A stretch of DNA of 64,000 nt, from assembly GCA_963777605.1 (NCBI GenBank), contig CAVZRV010000027.1, positions 540,982-604,981 of the forward strand. Reading direction: 5' to 3'. Below are positions 12,204-22,237 of this stretch, in pieces (the first letter of the stretch is position 1; the number at the start of each line of letters is the position of its first letter). Both the position numbers and the translations under genes were made by a program. This stretch comes from an uncultured Acidobacteriota bacterium. GTDB lineage: Bacteria; Acidobacteriota; UBA6911; RPQK01; JAPXNP01. The notes under the pieces are model-generated. The model did not search any database, was not told the DNA's origin, and saw only the letters and a list, made by a program, of their open reading frames with translations.

Positions 12204-13052
12204 TCAGCGCATGTTGAACAGGCGCCACGCCTCCATGAAGTTGGAACCGGCGAAACGGAGGGTGCGTGGGCCAATCCGGTCGATTCCCTTCGGAAGATCG
12301 GATTGAGGGTTCAGCGTGTTCCGGGTTGTATATTCAACCTCGAAAGTGACCGGTCCCTTGACCTCGTAAGGAGGAACCTCGGCAAGCCGGGAAAAGGCCG
12401 CCGCCGCCTGCTTTTCAATCAGATCCTGTGCCGCCTTCGCCGAAAGAGAGAGGCAGGAGTAGTAGGCCAGTCCCTCTTTGACGACCGCCACCTCGGCCTG
12501 GGGGACGATCGCTTTCAGGTTGTCGGCCGCGGCCTGGTCCCCGGACAGAAAGATCACGGGCACTCCGAAAGCTCCGGCCAGCGCCGCACGGGTTTCGATT
12601 TCCCCGACTTCCTGGCCGTTCATCAGGATCCGCTGGATTCCCAGGGAACTGTAGCTGTGAGCCATCACAGCTGCCGACGAATTGGCCCGGGCATGTTGAC
12701 CGACGAAGGCGACTGCGGCAAACCCCCGATCCATCAGCATCTCAGCGCCAAGTGATCCAATCACCAGCCTGGCCTGAGGGTGAATCGTTCGCACCGAAAG
12801 GGTTCTGCTTCCGTCATGGCCGTCCCATACCAAGACTTCGTCGGCGCCGGCCGAGAGGAACCCTCGGACTGCGGCGTTCGTCTCTGCTGTAAGCAGTTCC
12901 TGCAGTTCCGGATTGGTAGGCTCGACCTGCTCCTGTCGGCAAAGTCCGGCCACACCTTCGGCATCGGTGATCACGAAAACAGTCTTTGCCGCCTCCGCCG
13001 AAAATGTCAGCAAGGCAACCACGGCGAACGAGATGAAAGCGAAGATCCTCAT
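12204..13052 (-). CDS. M55 family D-aminopeptidase (DppA-like)
   Basis: DAEGVAG, DGH, GQHA, AHSYS, VGE and SGD motifs; signal peptide. Confidence 0.88.
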   Translation of the reverse strand: MRIFAFISFAVVALLTFSAEAAKTVFVITDAEGVAGLCRQEQVEPTNPELQELLTAETNAAVRGFLSAGADEVLVWDGHDGSRTLSVRTIHPQARLVIGSLGAEMLMDRGFAAVAFVGQHARANSSAAVMAHSYSSLGIQRILMNGQEVGEIETRAALAGAFGVPVIFLSGDQAAADNLKAIVPQAEVAVVKEGLAYYSCLSLSAKAAQDLIEKQAAAAFSRLAEVPPYEVKGPVTFEVEYTTRNTLNPQSDLPKGIDRIGPRTLRFAGSNFMEAWRLFNMR

Positions 13053-13133
13053 ACCCTGGAGCTTAACCTACCCGGGGCACGGGCACCAGTCCCCAAGAAC
13101 GAGCGCATTCGGGGGAAAGTCCCTGGAGGCCGA

Positions 13134-15461
13134 TCAACGCTCAGGCCATCGGAGATGCTTGCGGAGAAACCTGAAGCTGGCTTCCCCGTTAATGCTGTGC
13201 CCTCCCTGAAAGAATTCAATCTCGGTTCGGTCGGCAAGACCAAACTGAGCGTACAGCCAGCGGACCTTGGCGTACTCGTGGGCGACCCACTGGTCACGGC
13301 CCACCAGGTCGAGGTGCCCCCGTTCCACCATGAAGGGTCGCGGCAACATCAGGTAGGCCATTTCGGCGTAGTCGAATGTTTGACCCAGGTTCCAGTAGGG
13401 CATCTCCCACTCGATCGTCCGCATAAAACTGAACGGTTGGTCGGTTGACGCCACCTTGCGCGTCCACTGATTGAAATCACCCGACACGATGGACAGGCAG
13501 TAGCCTTCCAGGATCGGAGGCACTCGAACCCCGGTTTCTCCTCCATAACTCAAGCCGTAGAACGCGATTCGCTCCGAATCAACGAAGGGGAGTGTCCCCA
13601 GCCACCGAAGGATCTGGTCGTGCTGGGCAATAATGAATGAGAATAGCGTCGCCCCTACCGAGTTGGCTTTGCGATCGAGCCAGCGATAGCGATCTTCCCC
13701 CCGATACAGGTTGTAGGGGGCAAAAGTCACGAAGCCTTCTTCTGCCAATCGCGCCGCGAAGTTGTTATAGGCCGAGTCGTTGCCATCAATCGTGTCGCGG
13801 GGAAGCCCATTGCGGCCATGCTGGCAGACGACGAGAGGGCGCCTCTCCCCCGGCTGGAGGTCCTTGGGCACCACCAGGACGCCCCAGGCAAACAGATCGG
13901 GCCAGACGTCCAGCACCACATCGTAAGCCACCCAGTCCTTCGTCTCGAGGATCTTCCGGCTGCGGGGATCCGGAGCCAGGAAAGGGATGTCGAACCGCCC
14001 CATGGCTTCATCGTAGAAACGTGTCCGAAATGCCCGGGCTCCCTCGATGAACTTCGCGGCCGAATGGATCGGCAGACTTTTTTCGGTGGTCCAATGCAGA
14101 TCGGTCAGTTCGGGCATTACCGCATTCAGGAAGAACCGATCTCTCACGTGTTCAGAGGCCCGGACCAAACCCTGCACATGGCGCTCGAGCTGGCCGATCG
14201 CCCGACGATGCCGCACGGCGGGATCGAAACGTTGCCTCAAGTCGGTCGGCCTGGATTCCGAAGCAGGCGGTGGCACATTGATCGAGAGGGATCGGGCAAA
14301 GGCTTTCAACGCCGCCGGGGATCCGGGCCCAACAGGATCTCCGTCCTCGCCGATGATCAATTCCGGACCCGGGACGTCGGGCAGACGAGCGATCCGGGAG
14401 AACTCGACCTCTACGGAATGTCCGTCAGGAGTACCCCACTCTCCTTTCTGATCCGTGATTCGAGGCACCGGACTGTGCTCAATGACGAGCCCACGAGGAC
14501 AGATCATCGAGGCGATCTCGGCATCACCGAACCGGCGCAACAGGCTCCAGACGTTGCGGTAGATCGGTTCGGCCCAGACCCGCTGCCGTGAATCGAAGTA
14601 TCCACTGACCAAAGCACTGTCGATCCGGGGATCGAGGGCAGCCGCGTAAAAGGCGATCAGGCCCCCTTCAGCATACCCACAGACACCGATCCTGGCTTCG
14701 TCGCCATACTTTTGATGGAACCAGTCCACCGCCCCGAGAACCTTCTGGACCTCGTACCCGATCGGGTGACGCCCCATGTGAAAGGCCTGCCGGTAGATCC
14801 ATTCCCTCCAAGTCTGGTGGGTTTCCCGAATTTGAGGGTCGCCGGTCTCGACAAGTCCCCGGGAGACCAGGACGGGAATCACGACTTCGATCCCGCTTTG
14901 CGCCAGCAATCGAGCGTACTGTCGTTCAGGAGGCAAACCCGCCCCAAGGCCCAGGATCTGTTCGGGCGTCAGGTCGGCATCAGGGACGGCAACGACATGG
15001 GCTCGCGCAGTTGTAACCGGCTGGACCAGCAAGCCCTCACCGTCTACCCCGTCGAGGACTGGCCAGCGCACCTGGAACACTCGATAGAGTGCGGTTTCAG
15101 CAACAAGTGCAGGGTTGGAATCGTCCCCGAAGCGTTCCATCCCGGGAGTCGAGCGGCGGTCCACGCAGCCGATGATCTCGGCCAGCCGCTTCCGATTGGA
15201 TTCGACGAACTGGTTGTGTTCCGCGACTGCCTTACCGTCACTTTCCCAGTATCTGGAGCGTTGGCGGGCCGCTTCGGCAATTCGTTCTTCGACGAAACGG
15301 TGCGCGCCATCCATCAGGCGGCCGGAAAAATCCTCACCCTCCCACTCCAGGGCCCGAGTTCCGGGCAGGACGTCGCTCCCGGACCCGGACACCTGACTTG
15401 CGGAGACCGCCGGCAACGCCAGCAGTAGCAAAACGAACGATCGAAGGAGTCTCGCCAGCAC
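13134..15461 (-). CDS. Secreted tandem alpha/beta hydrolase (dienelactone hydrolase-like)
   Basis: Two hydrolase modules (GYAEGG; VCQHG...GLSYGG...GGH). Confidence 0.75.
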   Translation of the reverse strand: MLARLLRSFVLLLLALPAVSASQVSGSGSDVLPGTRALEWEGEDFSGRLMDGAHRFVEERIAEAARQRSRYWESDGKAVAEHNQFVESNRKRLAEIIGCVDRRSTPGMERFGDDSNPALVAETALYRVFQVRWPVLDGVDGEGLLVQPVTTARAHVVAVPDADLTPEQILGLGAGLPPERQYARLLAQSGIEVVIPVLVSRGLVETGDPQIRETHQTWREWIYRQAFHMGRHPIGYEVQKVLGAVDWFHQKYGDEARIGVCGYAEGGLIAFYAAALDPRIDSALVSGYFDSRQRVWAEPIYRNVWSLLRRFGDAEIASMICPRGLVIEHSPVPRITDQKGEWGTPDGHSVEVEFSRIARLPDVPGPELIIGEDGDPVGPGSPAALKAFARSLSINVPPPASESRPTDLRQRFDPAVRHRRAIGQLERHVQGLVRASEHVRDRFFLNAVMPELTDLHWTTEKSLPIHSAAKFIEGARAFRTRFYDEAMGRFDIPFLAPDPRSRKILETKDWVAYDVVLDVWPDLFAWGVLVVPKDLQPGERRPLVVCQHGRNGLPRDTIDGNDSAYNNFAARLAEEGFVTFAPYNLYRGEDRYRWLDRKANSVGATLFSFIIAQHDQILRWLGTLPFVDSERIAFYGLSYGGETGVRVPPILEGYCLSIVSGDFNQWTRKVASTDQPFSFMRTIEWEMPYWNLGQTFDYAEMAYLMLPRPFMVERGHLDLVGRDQWVAHEYAKVRWLYAQFGLADRTEIEFFQGGHSINGEASFRFLRKHLRWPER

Positions 15462-15483
15462 CCTGTCCCCTCTCTGCGACGAA

Positions 15484-16236
15484 TCAGAGACCCGTCACTC
15501 TGCGCCAGGTTTGGGCCATCAATGCGTGCCCCGCAACCGTTGGATGAACCCCGTCGGAAGCCCAGTATTCGGGTGGCGCCTGTCTGACAGCCTCGTCAAA
15601 CATGGATTGAAAGGGAACCCAGATCAAATTCAGTTCCTGCGCCAGCTTGGCAGCGACGGCACGCCGCTGGTCGAACTCCGGAAACCAGCGATCGTTGACG
15701 GCTCCACAGCGCAGAACGAACGGTTCACAGATCACGATCCGAACTTGGGGCAGCGCAGTAAGCGTGGACAACAGGAGATCCCTGTAACCGCTTTCGTAGT
15801 CTTCGACGGTGCCGTCATACTGCCCGTTCAGCTTGTGCCAAATGTCATTCACCCCGACCAGGATGCTGAGCACGGCAGGATTCAGATCCAAAGCGTCCGA
15901 TTCCCACCGAGCCGCCAGATCCGGAACCTTGTTCCCGCTGATCCCTCGGTTGTAGACCTTCAGGTGCAGGCTCGCGTGGTCCGCCAGCAGGTCCCCTGCC
16001 AACAACAACGGATACCCTCCACCGAGTGCAGCCCGATCGTTGGCATCCGACTTTTCCCGGTTCCTGCCGGCATCGGTGATCGAGTCACCCTGAAACAGCA
16101 CGGTAGCGTCGGCAGACAGCGTAATTGCCGCCGATTTCTTTCCGGCACAGCCCGACAACGCAATCGCACTTCCGGCAGCCAGTGATGCTCCGACAAACAC
16201 TCGACGGTTCAACTTCAAGTTCAGCGATTCAGCCAC
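15484..16236 (-). CDS. SGNH/GDSL hydrolase with Tat-lipoprotein signal
   Basis: NRRVFVG...LSGC signal; FQGDSIT, NRGISG, GVND and DGVHP blocks. Confidence 0.9.
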   Translation of the reverse strand: MAESLNLKLNRRVFVGASLAAGSAIALSGCAGKKSAAITLSADATVLFQGDSITDAGRNREKSDANDRAALGGGYPLLLAGDLLADHASLHLKVYNRGISGNKVPDLAARWESDALDLNPAVLSILVGVNDIWHKLNGQYDGTVEDYESGYRDLLLSTLTALPQVRIVICEPFVLRCGAVNDRWFPEFDQRRAVAAKLAQELNLIWVPFQSMFDEAVRQAPPEYWASDGVHPTVAGHALMAQTWRRVTGL

Positions 16237-16561
16237 GGTTCACCCCCAATCACACTTTAATGACGACATCCTAACAGGACGCAGTCGTTCCGTCCTGCCT
16301 CAACCAGCCAAAATCTCACTCGAGGAAGCACACTCTGGCTCCAAACGCAGGGACATTTGCCCGGATCGAGTCGATTTGGGTCTCCGAAATTGCAGCAGCG
16401 GTTCTTAACATTTTCGATAAATCGCATGTGCCATTAATGTGACTTTCGGCCTAAAGGAAGTATCTCGTTGCGTCGATATTGAGTCCGTAGCGAGGTCCAA
16501 TTCTGGGTCAGCCAGGATCTGGACAACCTTCATAGATCACGATCTTGCAAGAGGAGAGGAA

Positions 16562-17551
16562 ATGGCACCGAAGCCTAAACTGAGTGTGTACTGGGCTGCG
16601 TCTTGCGGTGGGTGTGAGATCGCGGTCGTGAACCTTCACGAGCGAATTCTCGACCTTGATGCCGCCTTCGACTTCTTCTTCTGCCCCTGCCTGCTTGACA
16701 CGAAGGTCGCCGAAGTAGAATCGCTGCCCGACCAGGGGATCGCCGTGACTTTGTTCAACGGGGCCATTCGCAGCAGCGACAACGAGGAAATGGCCCAACT
16801 GATGCGCCGCAAATCGGAAATTCTGATTGCCTTCGGTTCCTGCGCCTGTGATGGCTGCATTCCGGGTCTCAGCAATCTCCATGACCCGGAGGCAACCTTC
16901 CGAACGGTCTATCTCGAAAACCCATCCGTCGACAATCCGGAACGCCTTGTGCCCCAACCGAGCGTCACCGTCCCGGAAGGAACGCTCGAACTTCCGGTGT
17001 TCTACCCGAGGGTCAAGACTCTCGCGGACGTGGTGCCGGTCGACTACTTCATTCCCGGCTGCCCACCCGAGTCCTTTCAGATCTGGAACGCCCTGGAAAC
17101 GCTCCTTTCCGGCCAGGATCTCCCTCCCAGAGGGAGTACGCTCGGAGCAGGGGATTCGACCGTTTGTAACGAATGTCGGCGGACGAAGGGAGACAAGGAG
17201 ATCACCCGCCTGCGCCGACCGTATGAATTCGAACCGGATCCCGAACTATGCCTCCTCGAACAGGGACTGGTCTGCATGGGCATCGCCACAGCCGACGGAT
17301 GTGGTGCCCTCTGCCCCGACGTAAACATGCCCTGTACGGGCTGCTACGGTCCCCCGAAGGGGACCTCCGACCAGGGAGCGGCAATGATCGGTGCCCTGGG
17401 TGGAATGCTGAACATCGAGACTGGAAAGCGCTTGAGCGAGGCTGAACTGGCGAGGAGGATCGATGGCATTCTCGAGGCCATTCCCGACTTCGCCGGCTCG
17501 TTCTACAAGTACAGCCTGCCGGGCTCAACGCTGAAGGGGAAACGCCAGTGA
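16562..17551 (+). CDS. mvhG: F420-non-reducing [NiFe]-hydrogenase small subunit (group 3c)
   Basis: SCGGC, GSCA, PGCPP, CNEC and CLLEQGLVCMG...CGALCP...CTGC Fe-S motifs; AGGAGAGG RBS upstream. Confidence 0.88.
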   Translation: MAPKPKLSVYWAASCGGCEIAVVNLHERILDLDAAFDFFFCPCLLDTKVAEVESLPDQGIAVTLFNGAIRSSDNEEMAQLMRRKSEILIAFGSCACDGCIPGLSNLHDPEATFRTVYLENPSVDNPERLVPQPSVTVPEGTLELPVFYPRVKTLADVVPVDYFIPGCPPESFQIWNALETLLSGQDLPPRGSTLGAGDSTVCNECRRTKGDKEITRLRRPYEFEPDPELCLLEQGLVCMGIATADGCGALCPDVNMPCTGCYGPPKGTSDQGAAMIGALGGMLNIETGKRLSEAELARRIDGILEAIPDFAGSFYKYSLPGSTLKGKRQ

Positions 17552-19032
17552 AACGCATCGTAATCAACCCGATCACCCGACTCGAAGGCCACGGAAAGAT
17601 CGACATCTTCCTCGACGACAATGGTGACGTCGCCAACGCCTACTTCCAGGTCCCGGAACTGAGGGGCTTCGAGCAATTCTGTGTCGGGCGCCATGCTGAA
17701 GAGATGCCGGTCATCACCAGTCGGATCTGTGGTGTCTGCCCCGAGGCGCATCATCTGGCCGCGGTAAAGGCACTCGATCAACTCTTTGGCGTGGAACCTC
17801 CCCCCGCCGCCCGGAAGATCAGGGAACTCCTCTACTCGGCGTTCTTCGTAACGGACCACACGACCCACTTCTACGCTCTCGGCGGGCCAGACTTCATCGT
17901 CGGGCCGGACGCCCCTCCGCAGGAGCGGAATATCCTCGGCGTAGCCCGCAAAGTCGGACTCGAAGTCGCTGGCCAGGTCATCGGCTGTCGGTCCAGGAAC
18001 CACGACGTCATCAAACGCCTCGGAGGGAGAAGCATCCATCCGACGGCCGGAGTCCCCGGGGGATGGAGCAAGCCGATTTCCGAAGAACTGCGCACCGATA
18101 TCGTGCAAGTGGCGCGGGAAAATGTCGAGTTTGCACTCTTCAGCCTGCAGGTTTTCGAGTCGATCGTTCTCAAGAACCCGGCCTATCTCGAATTGATTTC
18201 GTCCGATCTTTACCTGCACTGCACCTATTCGATGGGAACCGTCGACGATCAGAACCGCGCCAATTTCTACGACGGCAAGATTCGAGTGGTCGACCCGGAT
18301 GGACGGGAGTTTGCGAAATATTATCCGCAGGACTATCGCGACCATATTGCCGAGCGCGTCGAACCCTGGACCTATCTGAAGTTCCCCTATCTGAAGAAGG
18401 TGGGATGGAAGGGCCTCGTGGACGGAATCGACAGCGGTGTCTACACGGCAACTCCACTTTCCCGCCTCAACGTTTCGGATGGCATGGCGACTCCAAGAGC
18501 CCAGGCGGAATTCGAAAAATTCTACGAGGCCTTCGGCTCAAAGAAGAGCAACGGACGTTACCAGCCAGTCCATCACCGACTGGCAACCCACTGGGCCCGT
18601 CTAGTGGAACTGCTCTACGCTGCTGAACGAATGCTGGAACTGGCGGAAGATCCCGAAATCACCGATCCAAGGGTGCGGCAGATTCCCGAGGCGATCGTCG
18701 GAGAAGGAATCGGCAGCGTTGAGGCCCCTCGCGGGACGCTGACCCACCACTATGTCTCCGACGAACGCGGCATTCTCAAGATGGTGAACCTGGTGGTCGG
18801 AACGACCAACAACTACGCCCCCATCGCAATGTCGATTAAACGCGCCGCGCAAGGCCTGATCCGAAATGGAACAGTGATCGAAGAAGGGATTCTCAACCGA
18901 ATTGAGATGGCCTTTCGACTCTACGATCCCTGCCTTTCGTGTGCCACGCATGCACTTCCGGGCAAGATGCCCCTCTCGGTCACGCTGCGCACTCCTGACG
19001 GAGAAACCGTTCGGAGCTTCCGAAGGAACTGA
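17548..19032 (+). CDS. mvhA: [NiFe]-hydrogenase large subunit (group 3c)
   Basis: TRLEGHG, L1 RICGVC, EAPRG and L2 DPCLSCATH followed by a cleavable C-terminal tail. Confidence 0.93.
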   Translation: MKRIVINPITRLEGHGKIDIFLDDNGDVANAYFQVPELRGFEQFCVGRHAEEMPVITSRICGVCPEAHHLAAVKALDQLFGVEPPPAARKIRELLYSAFFVTDHTTHFYALGGPDFIVGPDAPPQERNILGVARKVGLEVAGQVIGCRSRNHDVIKRLGGRSIHPTAGVPGGWSKPISEELRTDIVQVARENVEFALFSLQVFESIVLKNPAYLELISSDLYLHCTYSMGTVDDQNRANFYDGKIRVVDPDGREFAKYYPQDYRDHIAERVEPWTYLKFPYLKKVGWKGLVDGIDSGVYTATPLSRLNVSDGMATPRAQAEFEKFYEAFGSKKSNGRYQPVHHRLATHWARLVELLYAAERMLELAEDPEITDPRVRQIPEAIVGEGIGSVEAPRGTLTHHYVSDERGILKMVNLVVGTTNNYAPIAMSIKRAAQGLIRNGTVIEEGILNRIEMAFRLYDPCLSCATHALPGKMPLSVTLRTPDGETVRSFRRN

Positions 19033-19039
19033 TAAGACG

Positions 19040-19540
19040 ATGCCAACCGTGGTGATCGGACTCGGAAACTCTCTACTCTCCGACGATGGTCTAGGACCGC
19101 ACGTCGTCTCCCAACTGAGGCGTGAAGTTCCGGAGACCGAGGATCGAGTCTACAAGACGGTCTCAGTGGGCGGGATCGAACTGATGACGGAACTGATCGG
19201 TTTCGATCGCGCGATCATCGTCGACGCCATGGTGACCGGTTGCGCTCAACCCGGAACCGTTACGCGGATCGAACTCAGTTCGCTGATATCAACCTGCAAC
19301 CTCAACTCCACCCACGACGCCAATCTCGGAACCGCCCTGGAAATGGGTGGCCTGCTCGGACTCTCACTACCCTCGGATGTCGAGGTGTGGGGTGTTGAGG
19401 CCAACGACGTGGAAACCTTTAGTGAAACCCTCTCGCCGGAAGTCGATTCGGCTCTACCCGAACTGGTTTCGGAAATCCGGAATTTCCTCAGTCGACCCCA
19501 GGATTCCGGAGTGAGAGTTCAGGCAAAGAGGAAAATATGA
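19040..19540 (+). CDS. Hydrogenase maturation protease
   Basis: GLGNSLLSDDGLG, IIVDA and STH motifs. Confidence 0.92.
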   Translation: MPTVVIGLGNSLLSDDGLGPHVVSQLRREVPETEDRVYKTVSVGGIELMTELIGFDRAIIVDAMVTGCAQPGTVTRIELSSLISTCNLNSTHDANLGTALEMGGLLGLSLPSDVEVWGVEANDVETFSETLSPEVDSALPELVSEIRNFLSRPQDSGVRVQAKRKI

Positions 19541-21522
19541 AATCAACCCAAGCTCAGTGCCAGGGGACGGCAGTCTACCTGTGCCAGTGTGGAACGATCA
19601 TTCCCGAACGGGTCGACCTCGAGAAGGTCCGGTCGGCCGCTGAAACTCTTCCGGAAGTCGCTTACGTTGAGACCGTTGAATTCCTCTGTTCCGAAGAAGG
19701 CAAAGACCAACTGCGGCAAGATCTGCAGACACGCAAACCCGCGCGGGTCGTTCTGGCCGCATGCTCGCCGAGAGACCACGAGGGGACGTTTCGCAAGGTT
19801 CTCGCTGAGGCAGACATCAATCCCTACCTGCTGCAGATCGCGAACGTAAGGGAACAGATTGCCTGGGTGACCGAAGATTCGGAGCAGGCAACCCAAAAGA
19901 CCTTCCAGTACGTGCGAGCCGCAGTCTCACGGGTTCAACTTCACGAACCGCTGGAAGACGAGGTCATCGACGCCAACTCGAATGTTCTCGTGCTGGGAGC
20001 CGGGCCGGCCGGGCTCAAGGCCGCCGTCACGGCCGCCCAGGCGGGAAGGGACGTGGTCCTGGTCGAAAAGTCATCCCATATCGGCGGACTCCCGGTTCTC
20101 TACGAGGAGGTCTTTCCGGCCATGGAGTGCGGCCCCTGCATGTTGGAGCCTCTCGAAGACGAACTCCTTCATGGAGCCGCTTCGACCCACATCGAGATCC
20201 TCACCGAATCTGAACTCGAGGGCGTCGAGGGTTTTTACGGGAATTTCATTGCCCATATCCGGAAGGCGCCCGCATTTGTGAACCCTGCCGAGTGCATCGG
20301 GTGCGGGATGTGCATCGAAGTGTGTCCGGTTGCGGAATCCGAGCAGACACCCCTGGGAGAGTTCGAGAGGGCGGCGATATCTTTCTCCTTCCCCGGTTCT
20401 CTGCCGGCAATTCCAGTTCTGAATCCCGCTGTCTGCCTGCGATGGAGTGGCGGCGAGTGCGACGAGTGCCAGACCTCCTGTCCGATCCCCGGAGTCATCG
20501 ACTTCGACGCCCAGGCCCGAACACTCGATCGCTCGGTGGGAGCCGTCATCGTCGCCGTTGGATCTCGGCTTTTCGACTGCAGCGAGATACCGAACCTGGC
20601 GTACGGGATCCTGAAAGACGTCTACACGAACCTGGACTTCGAACGGATGCTGGCGTCGAACGGGCCCACCGCCGGTGAGATCAGCACCTCGCAGGGTGAC
20701 CCACCCTCGTCGGTCGCCTTCATTCACTGCGTCGGCAGCCTCGACGCCGAACGCCGGGAGTACTGTTCGGGGATCTGCTGTCAGGAAGCCCTCAAGCTCA
20801 ACCACATGCTCAGAAAACGCATGCCGGATGTCCGGCTGACTCACTTCTACAAGGAAATGGTGGCTCCCGGGAAGGAAGAATTCGCCCTCTGCAGTGAAGC
20901 GCACAGCGACCCGAACACCCGATTCGTCCGTTACGAAGAAATCGAAAAAATCCAGGTCTCCGACGGCAGCAACGGCAGAACGATAACCGTTTCCGGGAAT
21001 GGCGCGGAAACGAAGCAAGTCGCAGCCGACATGGTCGTCCTCTGCCCCGCGGTGGTCCCCGGGGAGTCGGCCCGAAACCTGAGCGAACTCCTTGGAGTCA
21101 AACAGGACCGTTGGGGCTTCTTTGATTCGCTGCACAGCCGAATGAGTTCGAGCAGCAGCAGTATTCGAGGAGTCTATCTGGCCGGCTCCTGCCAGGCGCC
21201 AATGAATATTACTCAGGCCATTAACCAGGGGATGGCCGCAACCGCCCAGTTTCTCTCCGGACTCGCTCCCGGAAAGCAACTCGAGGTCAGCCCTGTCGTG
21301 GCCTCTGTGCATGAGGAGTTTTGCTCGGGTTGTCGCATCTGCGTTTCCGTCTGCCCTTACAGGGCGATCCGATTGGCGGAAGATTCGGGTAAAGCCCGGG
21401 TCAACAAAGTGCTTTGCATGGGTTGCGGGACCTGCGTTGCGTCGTGTCCCTCGGGGGCGATGCAGGGGAATCACTTTACCGGCGATCAAATACTCGCGGA
21501 GATTCAGGGGGTGTTGGGATGA
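19537..21522 (+). CDS. hdrA: Heterodisulfide reductase subunit A-like flavoprotein
   Basis: CQCG/CSP/NVREQ N-terminus, GAGPAG FAD motif, CIGCGMC, CVGS...YCSGICC and C-terminal 2x[4Fe-4S] motifs. Confidence 0.9.
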   Translation: MKSTQAQCQGTAVYLCQCGTIIPERVDLEKVRSAAETLPEVAYVETVEFLCSEEGKDQLRQDLQTRKPARVVLAACSPRDHEGTFRKVLAEADINPYLLQIANVREQIAWVTEDSEQATQKTFQYVRAAVSRVQLHEPLEDEVIDANSNVLVLGAGPAGLKAAVTAAQAGRDVVLVEKSSHIGGLPVLYEEVFPAMECGPCMLEPLEDELLHGAASTHIEILTESELEGVEGFYGNFIAHIRKAPAFVNPAECIGCGMCIEVCPVAESEQTPLGEFERAAISFSFPGSLPAIPVLNPAVCLRWSGGECDECQTSCPIPGVIDFDAQARTLDRSVGAVIVAVGSRLFDCSEIPNLAYGILKDVYTNLDFERMLASNGPTAGEISTSQGDPPSSVAFIHCVGSLDAERREYCSGICCQEALKLNHMLRKRMPDVRLTHFYKEMVAPGKEEFALCSEAHSDPNTRFVRYEEIEKIQVSDGSNGRTITVSGNGAETKQVAADMVVLCPAVVPGESARNLSELLGVKQDRWGFFDSLHSRMSSSSSSIRGVYLAGSCQAPMNITQAINQGMAATAQFLSGLAPGKQLEVSPVVASVHEEFCSGCRICVSVCPYRAIRLAEDSGKARVNKVLCMGCGTCVASCPSGAMQGNHFTGDQILAEIQGVLG

Positions 21523-21959
21523 GTCGTTTCAGGCCAAGAATCGTGGGCTTTTTGTGCAATTGGTGTTCATACGCTGCAGCCGATTCAGCTGGGAGCGCGC
21601 AGAATCCCTATCCCCCCAACGTCAGCATGATTCGCGTCATGTGCAGCGGCCGGGTCGAGCCGGAATTCATACTCGAGTCCCTGCGCAAGGGAGCCGACGG
21701 CGTCCTGATTCTCGCCTGTCACCCCGGGGATTGCCACTACAAAGAAGGCAATTTTCGAGCGGTCCAGCGCCACCGCATCCTGCTGAAACTGCTTCAGCAA
21801 TTTGGGATCGACGAGCGGCGCTGTCGATTTGACTACGCTTCTGCTGGTGAGGGGGACAAATTTGTGCGGATAATCTCCGAAATGGTTGAGACTGTGCGGG
21901 AACTTGGTCCCCTGCACCAGTCGTCAGACAACTCCCCGGCCGAGACAATCGCGCTCTGA
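21519..21959 (+). CDS. mvhD: Hydrogenase [2Fe-2S] subunit
   Basis: FLCNWCSY, RVMCSGRV and CHPGDCHY motifs. Confidence 0.93.
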   Translation: MSRFRPRIVGFLCNWCSYAAADSAGSAQNPYPPNVSMIRVMCSGRVEPEFILESLRKGADGVLILACHPGDCHYKEGNFRAVQRHRILLKLLQQFGIDERRCRFDYASAGEGDKFVRIISEMVETVRELGPLHQSSDNSPAETIAL

Positions 21960-22009
21960 TAGCGCCTCAGTCCAGTAGGGTTCTAAAGACGGAAGGAGTA
22001 ATTTTAACA

Positions 22010-22231
22010 ATGGCTTTGGTTAAATTGGACTTTCGAGGTTTGAAATGCCCGTTGCCCACGCTCAAAATGACGGGTGCAGTGATAAAGCTCTCCAAGGGTG
22101 ACATTATGGAAGTTTCCGCAGACTGCCCCTCATTTGAGAACGACCTCAAAGGCTTCACTGCGAGAACTCACACGACAATGCTCTGGCTTCGCGACCAGGG
22201 AACCTTCAAGGTTTGCCAGATCCGGAAGTAA
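22010..22231 (+). CDS. tusA: TusA-family sulfur carrier
   Basis: LDFRGLKCPLP (CPxP) motif, 73 aa, AGGAG RBS. Confidence 0.82.
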   Translation: MALVKLDFRGLKCPLPTLKMTGAVIKLSKGDIMEVSADCPSFENDLKGFTARTHTTMLWLRDQGTFKVCQIRK

Positions 22232-22237
22232 ACACCC

